A stretch of DNA of 64,000 nucleotides. Origin: Perkinsela sp. CCAP 1560/9 (taxonomy: Eukaryota > Protista > Euglenozoa: Kinetoplastea). Where the stretch lies: positions 186,001-250,000 of the forward strand of contig CBFFSA010000005.1 in NCBI GenBank assembly GCA_965644495.1, written 5' to 3'. Every line of letters starts with the position of its first letter. Within the stretch, counting starts at the first letter, position 1. The position numbers and the translations under genes are program-made. Positions 20,582 to 31,312 of this stretch are shown here, piece by piece. The notes under the pieces are model-generated. The model was given only the letters and a program-made list of their open reading frames with translations, did no database searches and was not told the DNA's origin.

Positions 20582-23536
20582 ATGGTATCAATATTCTTGT
20601 TCTCCTTGATTGTTTTGTCCTCAAGTGAGTACTGCTTAACAAAGAGAGGATTGTCAAGTTTATCGGGCGCGCAATGGCACGTTCCTTATGTCAGGAATTC
20701 AGACGAGGATTCCGTCAACCGCACTCCTCTGGAGCATAGAGATACAAAGAGGCGAAGATTTTCTGCCCGAACACATTGTCACAGCAATTCGATAACACGA
20801 TATTCCGCTGAAGGGGAAAAATCATACGCTAAACCTTCCAAAAGTTCCGACACCATGGACCATATGCAAACTGAAGATTCCTCAAACATAGATCGATCAC
20901 TCTCCCAGTTAAATTCGGCAATCAAACGTGATGTGGAGAAAGTACATCCGATTACCACACAATCCGCATTATTCGAATTCAGCAACATAGAGAGAGACAC
21001 TGCTCCCTCATTGGGCAATCTACCATCCGTTTCGCCAACACCAATACTTCCCACGAAGTCGTTTCCGCCGGTCCTGTCTAGAAATATTTCCCATAAAGGG
21101 AATACTGTTGCCATGGAATCATCGCGACCTAAAATGAGGAGTAAAAAACTCCGTACAGTCAGCACGCCTCGCATGGTGCATGCATGGAAAGAAACCGAAA
21201 CTTCAGGGCCACATGGTACACAACCCAATGGAGCAGTTCACCAACTGCCAATGACCGTAAAAAAGCCAGGTCATCCCGTAGATAACACCCTGCACTCGAT
21301 GGTCCGGCTTACCGAAGCGCGAGATACCCATGCGCACAGTGATAAACCAGCGGGCATGAAAGTGCAAGATGTTGTTCTGCATGTGCAACGCTTTTTGGAA
21401 AAGATAGAGCTTCAATGGGAAGAATCTATGGAGTTCGCCACAGCACCAGAAGTTGTGAAACCGGAGACCTTATATCAGGATAGTCTGTATGACGACATTG
21501 CACCCTGCGTGTTCGCGAACTTAATGAAACGAACTTCCTTTTTTGCACTGACGACTCGTCTAAGTCACTTGCTCAGCCTTTACATCACGAATCCTTGGGT
21601 AGAAGTTTTGAAAATTTACCTATTTGCCCCTCATGAGGATAAAACAGAAGATTTTTCGCAGGCAGGTACAGAACTGGATTCTGAAGTGGGAATCGACATG
21701 ATGATAGGAGGCATCACTAAAACGGTCGCTCAATACATGGATCTCTTACAAAGACGGCCCCCATTTATAGTTGAATTGATACGCGTTCGTCCAACAGTGC
21801 ACCTGGAAGAATCTGGAATAGACGAATCCTCTAATAAGAAACATTTTCTGCATCAATGGAAGGAGAGATTATGTGCTGCTCTTGCCGATCCGAAAAATGT
21901 GGAGCTTAAGACAAATGCACACGTGCGAAATTTCGTTCAACAAAAGGTTCGGGTAAGTCAGATAGAAGATGATGTGCTGTTATCCGAGCTTTTGGTGTAC
22001 GAGTCCAAGAAGAGCTCGACAGACTCTAAGCACGGTTTGGTTGATACTTCTCCGCAAAATGTACCAATGGAAAAGCACGAAGACGAAATTCCCTCTCCGA
22101 TCGGAGAGGAAGAGGTGGATGCCCCATTGTCGATGTCAGACATCGTCAGTAGTATGAACGAAACACCTCAGGTTGGATTCACCACACTCCCCGATTTTGG
22201 AATTCATCGAAGAGAAATGTCTTGTGGCATAGAAATTGATAACATCTTTGGAACGGCAGATCGATCAACCAAAAATTTGGCAATGGAAATAGCTCTACAA
22301 AAAACTGTCGACGTAGCACTACTTCGTATGGTCAGGCAAGCTCATCAATATGCACAACATCACGAAGAAGCACGACTTTGCACAGTTACATTTCGTGTAC
22401 AAAAATTATTAACTTACAAGCTTGGGCATCGTACGCACGGAATCGATTTACAGACAGATTCAGCGTATTTTTCAGCCATAGCGCAACTCCCGAGGATGCT
22501 AGCCGTCGCCTTCTTAAGATTACAGGGAATCGAAATGGTGAATTCACTTTCTCCTAATATACAATTCCACCTTGTGTTGCCAGACTTACCTGAGGATAAG
22601 AGATGCATTTTGGAGTCTTCTTTAGAGCACGTACGCAAGGAGCTTAGTAACCCGCTTTCGCTGTCTTCCCCTATTTTCGGTCGTTTATTTGCCTCCCCAG
22701 CTCTAACTCATTCACAAAGTACAACATCTTTTCTTACAAAAGAGAGACAAGGAGCAAGCTGGTCACCTCCGCTCCGCGCCAAGTCGGAGCTTTTGTACAC
22801 ACCAGGACTTGATATTATGAACCTAGGGGATTCTCTTACACGAAAAGAAGACTCCGGACAGGGCTTCCGGGTGTCAAGGGGTAGACCACAACGTAAGCTC
22901 CTTGTGCTGGATCTTGACCACACCATATTACACACAACTAGGAAAATGGAAGCTAGGTCGTCCATTGTGCTTAGAACAAGCGAGTCAGAGTGGTTCTACC
23001 TCCACTTTCGTCCCCATCTGCGGTCATTTTTGGAATACATGGTATCACAATTTCATGTCGCAGTCTTTACCGCAGGGACGACGCAATATGCTGACAAAGT
23101 GATAAAATTGGTACAGCAGCATGTGTATCCAGAGTTCTCGCCTCTGAGAATTTTTAGCCGGGAGCATTGTACAAAGTTTTCAGGCCCAGGTCTACATGCG
23201 TCTTATGTAAAAGATCTTCTGCATAAACTACGGGACATTCATTTTGGGGACCTTAGTAGCGTTTTTATCATCGATGATACTCCCGCGTCTTATGTACTAA
23301 ACGTGCGGAACGCCTACCCTGTCCCTTCGTGGAAATTTGACTACAAGAACGATTCTGTTCTGAAGGAAACAGTATCTTGGCTTCAGAGACTAGAAAAAGC
23401 TGACACTGTATATTGCGTTTTACAGGAATATCAGCACTATATAATGCTACGCGCAGCGTCCCCCACTAGAGAAGCAAATACGCAGGACACTTCCTTGATT
23501 TTGCCTGAAAAGCATGAGCCTAGGGAAGAGATTTAG
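20582..23536 (+). CDS. FCP1/SCP (NIF) family HAD phosphatase with long N-terminal extension
   Basis: LVLDLDHTILHT (DxDxT), RPHLRSFL, VFTAGTTQYADKV, IIDDTPASY. Confidence 0.85.
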   Translation: MVSIFLFSLIVLSSSEYCLTKRGLSSLSGAQWHVPYVRNSDEDSVNRTPLEHRDTKRRRFSARTHCHSNSITRYSAEGEKSYAKPSKSSDTMDHMQTEDSSNIDRSLSQLNSAIKRDVEKVHPITTQSALFEFSNIERDTAPSLGNLPSVSPTPILPTKSFPPVLSRNISHKGNTVAMESSRPKMRSKKLRTVSTPRMVHAWKETETSGPHGTQPNGAVHQLPMTVKKPGHPVDNTLHSMVRLTEARDTHAHSDKPAGMKVQDVVLHVQRFLEKIELQWEESMEFATAPEVVKPETLYQDSLYDDIAPCVFANLMKRTSFFALTTRLSHLLSLYITNPWVEVLKIYLFAPHEDKTEDFSQAGTELDSEVGIDMMIGGITKTVAQYMDLLQRRPPFIVELIRVRPTVHLEESGIDESSNKKHFLHQWKERLCAALADPKNVELKTNAHVRNFVQQKVRVSQIEDDVLLSELLVYESKKSSTDSKHGLVDTSPQNVPMEKHEDEIPSPIGEEEVDAPLSMSDIVSSMNETPQVGFTTLPDFGIHRREMSCGIEIDNIFGTADRSTKNLAMEIALQKTVDVALLRMVRQAHQYAQHHEEARLCTVTFRVQKLLTYKLGHRTHGIDLQTDSAYFSAIAQLPRMLAVAFLRLQGIEMVNSLSPNIQFHLVLPDLPEDKRCILESSLEHVRKELSNPLSLSSPIFGRLFASPALTHSQSTTSFLTKERQGASWSPPLRAKSELLYTPGLDIMNLGDSLTRKEDSGQGFRVSRGRPQRKLLVLDLDHTILHTTRKMEARSSIVLRTSESEWFYLHFRPHLRSFLEYMVSQFHVAVFTAGTTQYADKVIKLVQQHVYPEFSPLRIFSREHCTKFSGPGLHASYVKDLLHKLRDIHFGDLSSVFIIDDTPASYVLNVRNAYPVPSWKFDYKNDSVLKETVSWLQRLEKADTVYCVLQEYQHYIMLRAASPTREANTQDTSLILPEKHEPREEI

Positions 23537-23923
23537 ACGCCTTAAACTCATTCTGAGTATGACTAAAAGTCAAGACTAATCTTTTTGTTTTGCGTAATAC
23601 ATGACGCAATATACATTCCTGGTATGAAAGTAGAATGTCCGAAGTAGACGTCAGGAAATTGTCTTGGGCGCTAGGAAAATAAACCTGAGGTTTGCGAGCT
23701 CGTATTATTTTTAGCAAAACTTCCAATAGTTGGATAGCAATGTGCTTCTTTTTGCAATGTATTAGAGAAAAGTAATGTGTAGGTGTGTTTTGAGAGTAGG
23801 GTAGCGAAGTTTAGCGTACCTCTAAAAGGAGTATACCGGATTAATAACTTGTTATGATCCTATCATAGTTTTCGATTTTTTAGTATTTGTGTTTGATGGC
23901 GTTAGTCCTTCGTCTGACTGCAC

Positions 23924-25048
23924 ATGATCAGTGAGTCTATTACCGAAAATATTGGAGTACATCTACCAATATCTCTGAAACCATCCTGGACGGCCGCTGT
24001 CTGTGTTTTTGTGCCATTAGCTTGGTTTGGAATTAATCAGTTTAGTTATGATTTAACGCCGTTGAGAAAAAAGATTTGCTTTTGGCGACAAACTCCAAAG
24101 TATTGGATTCCTTCACGAGTTCCTGGAAGTCACAAAGGACTTGTGGAATACATACAAGAAAACACTGAAAGCTTTGAAAGGAATGGGGTGCCTCTTTTAT
24201 CGAGACCTATTCCGGAACTCATGTGCAATTTTTTTCTTCCGGATGGAAATCCAATTTCTTTGCACAGTCCTGAACTTGTGTTGGGGTTTCACAAATACAT
24301 ACAAATGCTCGAAGCACGAGGAAGGGAAATGTCCGCTCTTTTTCCCCAACTCTCGACATTGGCAAAAACGCAATACCTCATAGTGCAGTACTTTGACTTC
24401 ACTTTGTTTGGATACCGTTCAAAAGGTTGCAGAACACACACCATCGGAACTTGGCCTTTTCGCAAAAAATGCACATTGCAAGGTTTCGCAGTCCAAGTCG
24501 GACCTCGTCCCGGGACTTTGTTACCACTCTCTGACGCTCAGTACACACAAGCAGTCGAAGCCACGTATGTGTGCCGCTTTGACGAGTATTACAAGGTCGT
24601 CTTGGAGTCGAAAGGGGCATCACAAGCCAGTCTAATGCAGCATAAAGCATCGCAAAACGTTTGTTTTTTGTCTGAGGATGCGTTTTTACGCGCAATACTT
24701 GCAGCTCAAACACCACCCCGGCCTGGCGGTGATCAAACTTTTCAATCAACGAATAGAACACGTAATATATCAACCTGTAGACAAAGGTGGAAGCTTTCAA
24801 ACTTTTCGAGCATGATAATCAAACGATTAGCTAAGCCTCGTAGCGGAGTACTGCCTTTAATTGTGGTGATCCTAGCGAAAAAATTATATAAATCATCTAT
24901 GAGAGAATCGAGATTGTCATCCGTTTCTCCAAACATGGCGACAGCTTCATCAACTATTTTCCTATTGCTGAGAACACTTTTTCCTACCAATGCTGATGAT
25001 CATAATGGAGTGTATCGATTCTTTAGATACTTTCTAAGCGTTTTTTAG
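23924..25048 (+). CDS. hypothetical membrane-anchored protein
   Basis: 374-aa co-oriented ORF with an N-terminal hydrophobic segment. Confidence 0.55.
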   Translation: MISESITENIGVHLPISLKPSWTAAVCVFVPLAWFGINQFSYDLTPLRKKICFWRQTPKYWIPSRVPGSHKGLVEYIQENTESFERNGVPLLSRPIPELMCNFFLPDGNPISLHSPELVLGFHKYIQMLEARGREMSALFPQLSTLAKTQYLIVQYFDFTLFGYRSKGCRTHTIGTWPFRKKCTLQGFAVQVGPRPGTLLPLSDAQYTQAVEATYVCRFDEYYKVVLESKGASQASLMQHKASQNVCFLSEDAFLRAILAAQTPPRPGGDQTFQSTNRTRNISTCRQRWKLSNFSSMIIKRLAKPRSGVLPLIVVILAKKLYKSSMRESRLSSVSPNMATASSTIFLLLRTLFPTNADDHNGVYRFFRYFLSVF

Positions 25049-25499
25049 CCCGCTGTATAAAAGTCTGTGGTATAAATAACACAGTAGCTCTTTTGTTTCT
25101 CCGACAGTCTTATTCTTTGGGTCTTCGCCAGACAAATAAATGAGGAGAAATCGTTTTTTCTCCGATTTTATAAACATAGAAAAGAAATCCTATAAAATTG
25201 GGCTCTATGATGTTTGCTTCCAAAAACACAGTCCGCGCATACCTTGACCAGCGCATGTATGGCCGTGTCGGCTGCAGCGCATGTTTCCGCATACCTGAAC
25301 GTGGCATTGGTAGGCACAGTTTAGTACTGTCCCGTGCTCTAGGGAGCGAGAAAGCCATGATTTGAGCGCAGAAAATGGTATCGTACTTTCGGGTCACTCT
25401 TGATCACAGAAAATCATGTAGCATGCCGGCCCAAGAAATTTTTCTTAGTCAGTTTGCCCCTGAGTGGGTACTGTCCGTATTGTGCGGTCCTTCAGTCCG

Positions 25500-26049
25500 T
25501 ACATAGCTTATACTGCTTGTGTGAAATCAGAAGTGGAAGCGCCTCCGTTAGCGTACAAGGAGACTTTCCTATCGACGAGGTGGACCATAGAAATCTTGTC
25601 CTCCAACATGATACGAAATACGTGGTGTCCACGGTGGTGTCTTTCGATAGAAAATTTTCTATCCCCATCGTTTTCCAACTTTGCTTGTGTCATAACATGG
25701 GAATTTTTTAGTATCTGGCCCGCGAACGAAAATTTGACAATACAGTCAAAGGGTCTTCGCGCTCGATTCGTTGTATTTCAACTTCTCTTGAAGCACTTTC
25801 CACTCTGTGATTTTCGGCTCGGACCGCCTCTTGGAGTGCTGCCCGCGCGTTCGTACGCTGTATGCAGTCTTGCACGGTAAAAATGATTGCACAATCCTTT
25901 AAAGGAAACAATTTTCCCATCTACGCACGGCTTACACTTCCTGGTATATTTACCACTGGTGCACGCTTCCGCATACTTCTCCCGGTCGTCCTTAATTTGG
26001 ACGTTCACGCAGTGCTGTGTACTTAGACGATGCGTGTTGTCGGCTATTA
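25500..26049 (-). pseudogene. frameshifted continuation of the transposase, including a RING-like finger
   Basis: Adjacent frames give RIERNASAIIIADN..KCKPCVDGKIVSFKGLCNHFY then QDCIQR; at least three frame breaks. Confidence 0.4.
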
Positions 26050-27303
26050 TTATGGCTGACGCATTTCTCTCAATCCGTTTTCATCCACCCCAAGTTCCCG
26101 CATCAAAATGAAATATATATGCTTACATCGATTGCCCAGACGTCCGTCACGGCAAGTGCATCGAGCACCACCAGGACCAACATAAATAGTGTAGTGGCGG
26201 TCAGTGGCACTTTTTATCATATACTTGTGGAATCCCATTTCATCCCTTCCATATCTGCGTTTGAGTCTTATATGTTCAGTGAGCGCTCGACCTAGTCGCG
26301 TGGTTGGGCTTTCATAATCTTCCTGAAGGTCCTCACTAGAGTCACTGGAAACTTCCGCATCTTCTTCATTTGACTGATCTCCGTATACCGCGCTATTGTC
26401 AGAGGAGTATCTCGCCATAACAGTCATAGGGTTCTGAAAACGCTTTTTAGCTTCCGCCTTGAAGAAGACCGTGCAAATAAAATGCGCTCGTGCCTGACAG
26501 CTTTCCAAACTTCTGCCCCATTTGTGAAAAAAACGCTTGCAGTAACCCTTTACACTGGCATGGGCAGACTCTGCGTTGTTGATATGAATGTTGACGTGCG
26601 GGGAGTGCTCTCGCGAGAATGCATCAGCGTGGCAAATAGTGTAATGTCGGCAAAAGGCATCGATTCCACGATATGCAGCCCACTCATCAGTAATTACCAT
26701 GGCATTTCTATTTTCTATGACTGATCGGACAAACCTGTGGCAAACCTCTCTCGTTCGGCGAACCGTTGCCTCCCAGTATGTTTGCAATGATTTCCCGGTG
26801 TTTGGATCAACCTCTGTAGCCGTCATAAACCAGAACTTTTGTTTGCGGACTTGTCTCCCGCGATGGTGCAGGCGTTTCCCAATGTATGTCTCATCCACCA
26901 TAACGTACTTCATGAGCATGTGCGGGGAACGGGGAATGCTGAATATGCGTTCAATTTCACTTAGGTCTGTAAGAACTGAACGAAGAGACCTGAGCGCTTG
27001 CAAAGCTGCGTTCAAGGGCAGGTTACCTTGCGCTAGAAGCAGCCAACATCGAAATTTATCAACAATTCGACAGTTTAAAGGAAAAAAGGGGCCAAATTTC
27101 GGAATTTTTAGGCGGCACTTCGAACCGTCTTCGAGTTTTTTGAAGCATTGATCGCTTCTCGGTTTCTCTTTGCAGCGAAGACACTGTGTATAAGCCCCGA
27201 AAGAGTGATTTACTAGCCAGGAAACAACATTCTCTGACGTTATTTGCAAAATTGACGTAACTAGCGTCAAGCACGCAAAAGTTCTACACCCTGAGCAGTC
27301 CAT
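26050..27303 (-). CDS. Merlin/IS1595-family DDE transposase fused to a C-terminal SWIM zinc finger
   Basis: VDETYIGKR..RGR, ITDEWAAY, HINNAE catalytic motifs; N-terminal Cys motifs; CTCRD..CKHIYFIL SWIM. Confidence 0.88.
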   Translation of the reverse strand: MDCSGCRTFACLTLVTSILQITSENVVSWLVNHSFGAYTQCLRCKEKPRSDQCFKKLEDGSKCRLKIPKFGPFFPLNCRIVDKFRCWLLLAQGNLPLNAALQALRSLRSVLTDLSEIERIFSIPRSPHMLMKYVMVDETYIGKRLHHRGRQVRKQKFWFMTATEVDPNTGKSLQTYWEATVRRTREVCHRFVRSVIENRNAMVITDEWAAYRGIDAFCRHYTICHADAFSREHSPHVNIHINNAESAHASVKGYCKRFFHKWGRSLESCQARAHFICTVFFKAEAKKRFQNPMTVMARYSSDNSAVYGDQSNEEDAEVSSDSSEDLQEDYESPTTRLGRALTEHIRLKRRYGRDEMGFHKYMIKSATDRHYTIYVGPGGARCTCRDGRLGNRCKHIYFILMRELGVDENGLREMRQP

Positions 27304-27449
27304 TCAATGGTTTAAGACGTAAACAAAGCTTAAAAGTGGGTGAAAATGACTCAAAACTATCAAGTAAATAATTAATCACACATTTTTTTTTTGACAAAAA
27401 AAAGTAAAAAAAAAATGAAATTTAGGGTACAGTTTGACTGCATATTACC

Positions 27450-27651
27450 CGCATTTTTTTCAAAAAACTGTAGAATTTTTCACTTTGAAAAATCATAATT
27501 TTTTTAATTTTTTTAAAAAAATTAAAAATGCGGGAAACGTATTATCACATGACACGTAACTCAGTGAGAGCTCTCGAATGCGCTCTTATTTTCCAAAATT
27601 GGGCGAGTTATATGAATTTTGACCCCCCCCATATTTTCGTGCACCTCCCTG
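27450..27651. mobile_element. right end of a Tc1/mariner-like element
   Basis: Reverse complement reads TA-CAGGGAGGTGCACGAAAATATGGGGGGGGTCAAAATTCATATAACTC; internal inverted repeats; partner end not found. Confidence 0.45.
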
Positions 27652-27827
27652 TATAAAGCTGTACTAAAGTGGTAAATTTACCATAAGAGGTGTGTATAAC
27701 CCGTGTAAGGATTTTGATTCTTAATATTTGCGCATCATGTCCCGCTTTGCAACTTTTTATTGAATACATGGATGTAGTTTCGCAATTCGTTTCTGATCTA
27801 TTATTTTTCGGTACTTTACTCGCGAAA

Positions 27828-29216
27828 ATGCTGCGGAATACGCACGATGTGATTTCTATGCTTGTAAGTAATCGTGCTTTACCGGCCAATTCAGCCGATT
27901 CACGCGCACGATCTCAAAACATGTATGACTCTCAACGCTCTCAATCTTTAAAGTCTAGGGCTAATTCAGATGCTCGAACTCACGGAGATCGAGAAGATGG
28001 TTCAAAAGAAGTAAAATTATTGCAAAACAAACGCCCACGTAGTGAAATCACACACCCACGTGCACACGAGTATTTTATTCCGTCAACTTATCCGGAGTCA
28101 ACACAATTTTACTCGTCTGAAGGTAGACCAAGTTTGAGCTACCCAAACACTCTACATGAAGAACCTTCCCTTAATCGATCAAAAAGCTTAGTACATCCTC
28201 AAGTTACAATTCCCGTGCATAAAAATCATTCTTCAACTGAAATTTCTCCTGTGCATAATACACCAGATTGGCAAAGTACATTGCGGACTTCAAGGCCGGC
28301 TACAGACTACATACCGGAGACTCAATTTCAATTTGAAGGGAACGGATACGAGTCAGGTTCTTTAATCTCCGGAAAAGATCACGTGACATATGGGCAGCAT
28401 CCCAACTATCGAACAAGTGCAGAATCTTCTGTCCCAGCAGGATCGCATAGAATACAGGGTTCCATGCACATTGATCAAGTTTCGAATGATTATTCGCGGC
28501 ATTCTCAATCCGACATGAGAGCCCAAAACATGGCACTAGTTAAAATGCATGCCACAAATGCCGTCAGGCAACCACGTGGGGTTTCCACGCGATTTCGCGG
28601 AAACGAAGTACCTTTTGAACCACACGCACATGAACTCAAAGTAAGCGAATGTGGCATGGCGAGTGGACCTTCAGAAGCCATAAGGGCCGCAGACCTGCAT
28701 TCTACGTATTCTACGCTGCGTGAAACTACGAACTTTCCTCGAGTTTCGGATTATCATGACCGAGTCTCACCTTCCCCTTCTTATCCGGTGAGTGATGCGT
28801 TACGAGAAGGGTCTGTTCTTTATACCAAGCTTTTAGATATTTCCGTTTTTCAAGATGATCCACGCAGCAAGCTACATCATAACTCAAACATTCGTGGCTC
28901 GCGTGAGAAAGAGTCTCGGAGCGAAAGACGCATAGTGCAGGTCAGACATGTGCAGCGCCAGGGTGAGCACGTAACCGTGGTAGTCGAAGTGATGGACCAA
29001 GTTACTACCCCGTATAACATTTCTAAAACACCAAGGAAAACGGATAAACCTTCCGAAGAGGGCCATATTTTAAGTCCAAGTGGTCGCTTGCTCACACTGC
29101 GCGTAAAAGATCTAGACTTAGGTGAAAACGCCATGTACGAAAATCGAAATAGAGAGCCTTCTTTTCTGCCAACAGTTGTTCCTCTTTCGGAAGTGCATTC
29201 TGTCTACGTCGTCTGA
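27828..29216 (+). CDS. hypothetical, largely disordered Ser-rich protein
   Basis: Long co-oriented ORF; start uncertain (27768 or 27828). Confidence 0.6.
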   Translation: MLRNTHDVISMLVSNRALPANSADSRARSQNMYDSQRSQSLKSRANSDARTHGDREDGSKEVKLLQNKRPRSEITHPRAHEYFIPSTYPESTQFYSSEGRPSLSYPNTLHEEPSLNRSKSLVHPQVTIPVHKNHSSTEISPVHNTPDWQSTLRTSRPATDYIPETQFQFEGNGYESGSLISGKDHVTYGQHPNYRTSAESSVPAGSHRIQGSMHIDQVSNDYSRHSQSDMRAQNMALVKMHATNAVRQPRGVSTRFRGNEVPFEPHAHELKVSECGMASGPSEAIRAADLHSTYSTLRETTNFPRVSDYHDRVSPSPSYPVSDALREGSVLYTKLLDISVFQDDPRSKLHHNSNIRGSREKESRSERRIVQVRHVQRQGEHVTVVVEVMDQVTTPYNISKTPRKTDKPSEEGHILSPSGRLLTLRVKDLDLGENAMYENRNREPSFLPTVVPLSEVHSVYVV

Positions 29217-29579
29217 CTTGCAAGGTACAGTGCAAGGTACAGTGCCGTTTTGAATGGCAGATCAACAAGGACATGGGCAGCCCGTTCAAGTAGTTTTCCA
29301 TACTTTCATACCTGTAGGTGCCTTCAGACGTCGAAGAGGCTCGAATTGCGAACGGACATCATAATTTAGTATTCTTGTATTCAGTTTTGGTGGATGTACA
29401 CACGTTGCTGAAAAACCTACATGCTTAAATCCCATTCCTAGTCCCTTTAAATCGCTAAACTGAACTCCAAATACACTTCATTTTTCTCTCCCCAAAAAAG
29501 TCAAACACACCCCTACTTTCCCCTTCCCAACACCTCTACCCACACCTTATCTTCTCCTCCCTCCCTCCCTCCCTCCCCC

Positions 29580-31004
29580 ATGCTCCACGACCTCTCCGAC
29601 CCCGCCCAGTTCTCCCCCCCCGAACCCGACCCCACCCCCTTCACCGCCCTCCCCCGCTACCAGCACTGGCGCAAGCGCGTCCGTGAGCTCTACCAAACCC
29701 TCTTCGTCTACGTCCCCGACCACCCCACCCCCACCCTCGCCCTCCTCCCCTACGTCCGCAACCTCCCCCGCGACCCCACCGTCGAGCACACCCTCGTCGT
29801 GGGCTCCCGCCGCCCCCCCGGGGCCCAGTCCTATCTCAGCCTGCTGAAGGCCAACACCCCCGCCCCCTCCACGCTCCCGGCCGACCCCGACACCGGGGAG
29901 CTCGGGGGCTACGGCCACGCCCCGGCCTCCTGCCGCGTCCGCCCCGACCTCCGCCTCTACCACAACGGCGGGGTGCGACGCGTGCGGTGGGTCCCGTGGA
30001 ACCCCAACCTGCTGGTGAGTGTGAGTACGGACGGCAGGGGGTACGTGTTTGACAAGACGGAGATTGCGCGGTCGAGGCGGCCGAACCACCCCGGGAGGGT
30101 GGCGCTGCCGGTGATGCCGCGGTCGGGGCGGGAGACGGGGGAGATGGGGGACGTCACGAGGAGTATGACGTTTGAGGCGAAGCGGGTGAGGTATGAAAAG
30201 GCGGAGGCGGAGCAGGAGAGGTTTGATGGGGAGTGCGGGGCAGGGCAGCATAAGCTGGTGCTGGGGGGTGGGGTGGCGATGGGGGGTACGGCGCCGTTGG
30301 ATGTGAATACGGATGCGAGGGGGTTGGTGGTGTCGGGGTTTGATCGGAAGGTGGTGGTGTGGAATGTGGCGGATTGTGAGACGAGTGCGGTGAGGACGGA
30401 GACGAATGGGACGGGTCCGAGCCTGGACCCGCAGTGGAGCATGGAAGCGATGGGTGCGGTGAATGACGTGAAGTTTGACAAGCTCGTTCCAGACTTAATG
30501 TATGCCGCTTGTGAAGGCAGCCACGGAGTTTCCCTTTTCGACATTCGAGAAACGGGTTCTTGTGGTAGCTTTTCTTTGCCCAGATACGCTGTAAGTATCG
30601 ATCCGAGTCCTTTTTACGAATATATTCTCGCGGTAGGAGATGCGGAAGGTTGCGTGAGCGTATGGGACCGTCGGCAACTGAGTATACCTCTTGGCAGATA
30701 CCTCCCACATCGAAAAGACACTGAAGTTAGCGTGCTAGCGTGGTCGGTGCACTGTCCCTCGCTTTTATCCTCAGGGGGGGAAGATGGAAATGTCGTCTTT
30801 TTGGATTATCCTAGTGGCGGTATCCGTTTCAAACACTGGGGCCATACCAGCACAATCGATGACATATCTTGGTCCTGGGTGGAGCAGTACCGAGGGTTAA
30901 TGGCCTCTATCAGTTCTGAGGACCATCTCATGACCTTGTGGAAAATACGAAACGAGTTTTGGACGTCAGATCCTCAAGCATTTTGCAAATTGGAGAACGA
31001 GTGA
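29580..31004 (+). CDS. RBBP4/RbAp48 (CAF-1 subunit C)-like WD40 histone-binding protein
   Basis: YQHWRKRVRELY N-terminal helix, HNGGVRRVRWVPWNPNLL, LSSGGEDG, FKHWGHTSTIDDISWS. Confidence 0.8.
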   Translation: MLHDLSDPAQFSPPEPDPTPFTALPRYQHWRKRVRELYQTLFVYVPDHPTPTLALLPYVRNLPRDPTVEHTLVVGSRRPPGAQSYLSLLKANTPAPSTLPADPDTGELGGYGHAPASCRVRPDLRLYHNGGVRRVRWVPWNPNLLVSVSTDGRGYVFDKTEIARSRRPNHPGRVALPVMPRSGRETGEMGDVTRSMTFEAKRVRYEKAEAEQERFDGECGAGQHKLVLGGGVAMGGTAPLDVNTDARGLVVSGFDRKVVVWNVADCETSAVRTETNGTGPSLDPQWSMEAMGAVNDVKFDKLVPDLMYAACEGSHGVSLFDIRETGSCGSFSLPRYAVSIDPSPFYEYILAVGDAEGCVSVWDRRQLSIPLGRYLPHRKDTEVSVLAWSVHCPSLLSSGGEDGNVVFLDYPSGGIRFKHWGHTSTIDDISWSWVEQYRGLMASISSEDHLMTLWKIRNEFWTSDPQAFCKLENE

Positions 31005-31312
31005 CTGGTGCTTCTTCGACTACTATCACAAGTGCTTGTGACATTTTTGGGTATTGTGGATTAGATGTACAGAATGTTGAAACAGAGTACTTTAAGAGGT
31101 AAAGTACTTAGTAAAGTTTTTATCAATGGATTTAAAGAACTTTATTAGTGCATTACATACATTCTAGTTTTTTATGTCATAATGTCATTGAAGTAGTGAT
31201 GTTATACTTCAATCAAAATCTTTCCTAGCCAGTAGTTTCGTGTTAAGAATAATTGGATGCAAATCTCTTGTTTTCTGATCAAACACTTGTGACTCTCTGT
31301 TTCGCACCCTGC

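Noticed and set aside
25053-27657. CTGTATAAA direct repeat as TSD of a 2.6-kb element
   Set aside because: No matching inverted termini inside the two copies; the right copy is better explained as a CCCTG-TA mariner-like end
29547-30710. Several long minus-strand ORFs overlapping the WD40 gene
   Set aside because: Shadow ORFs caused by the stop-poor C/G-skewed island; low-complexity translations
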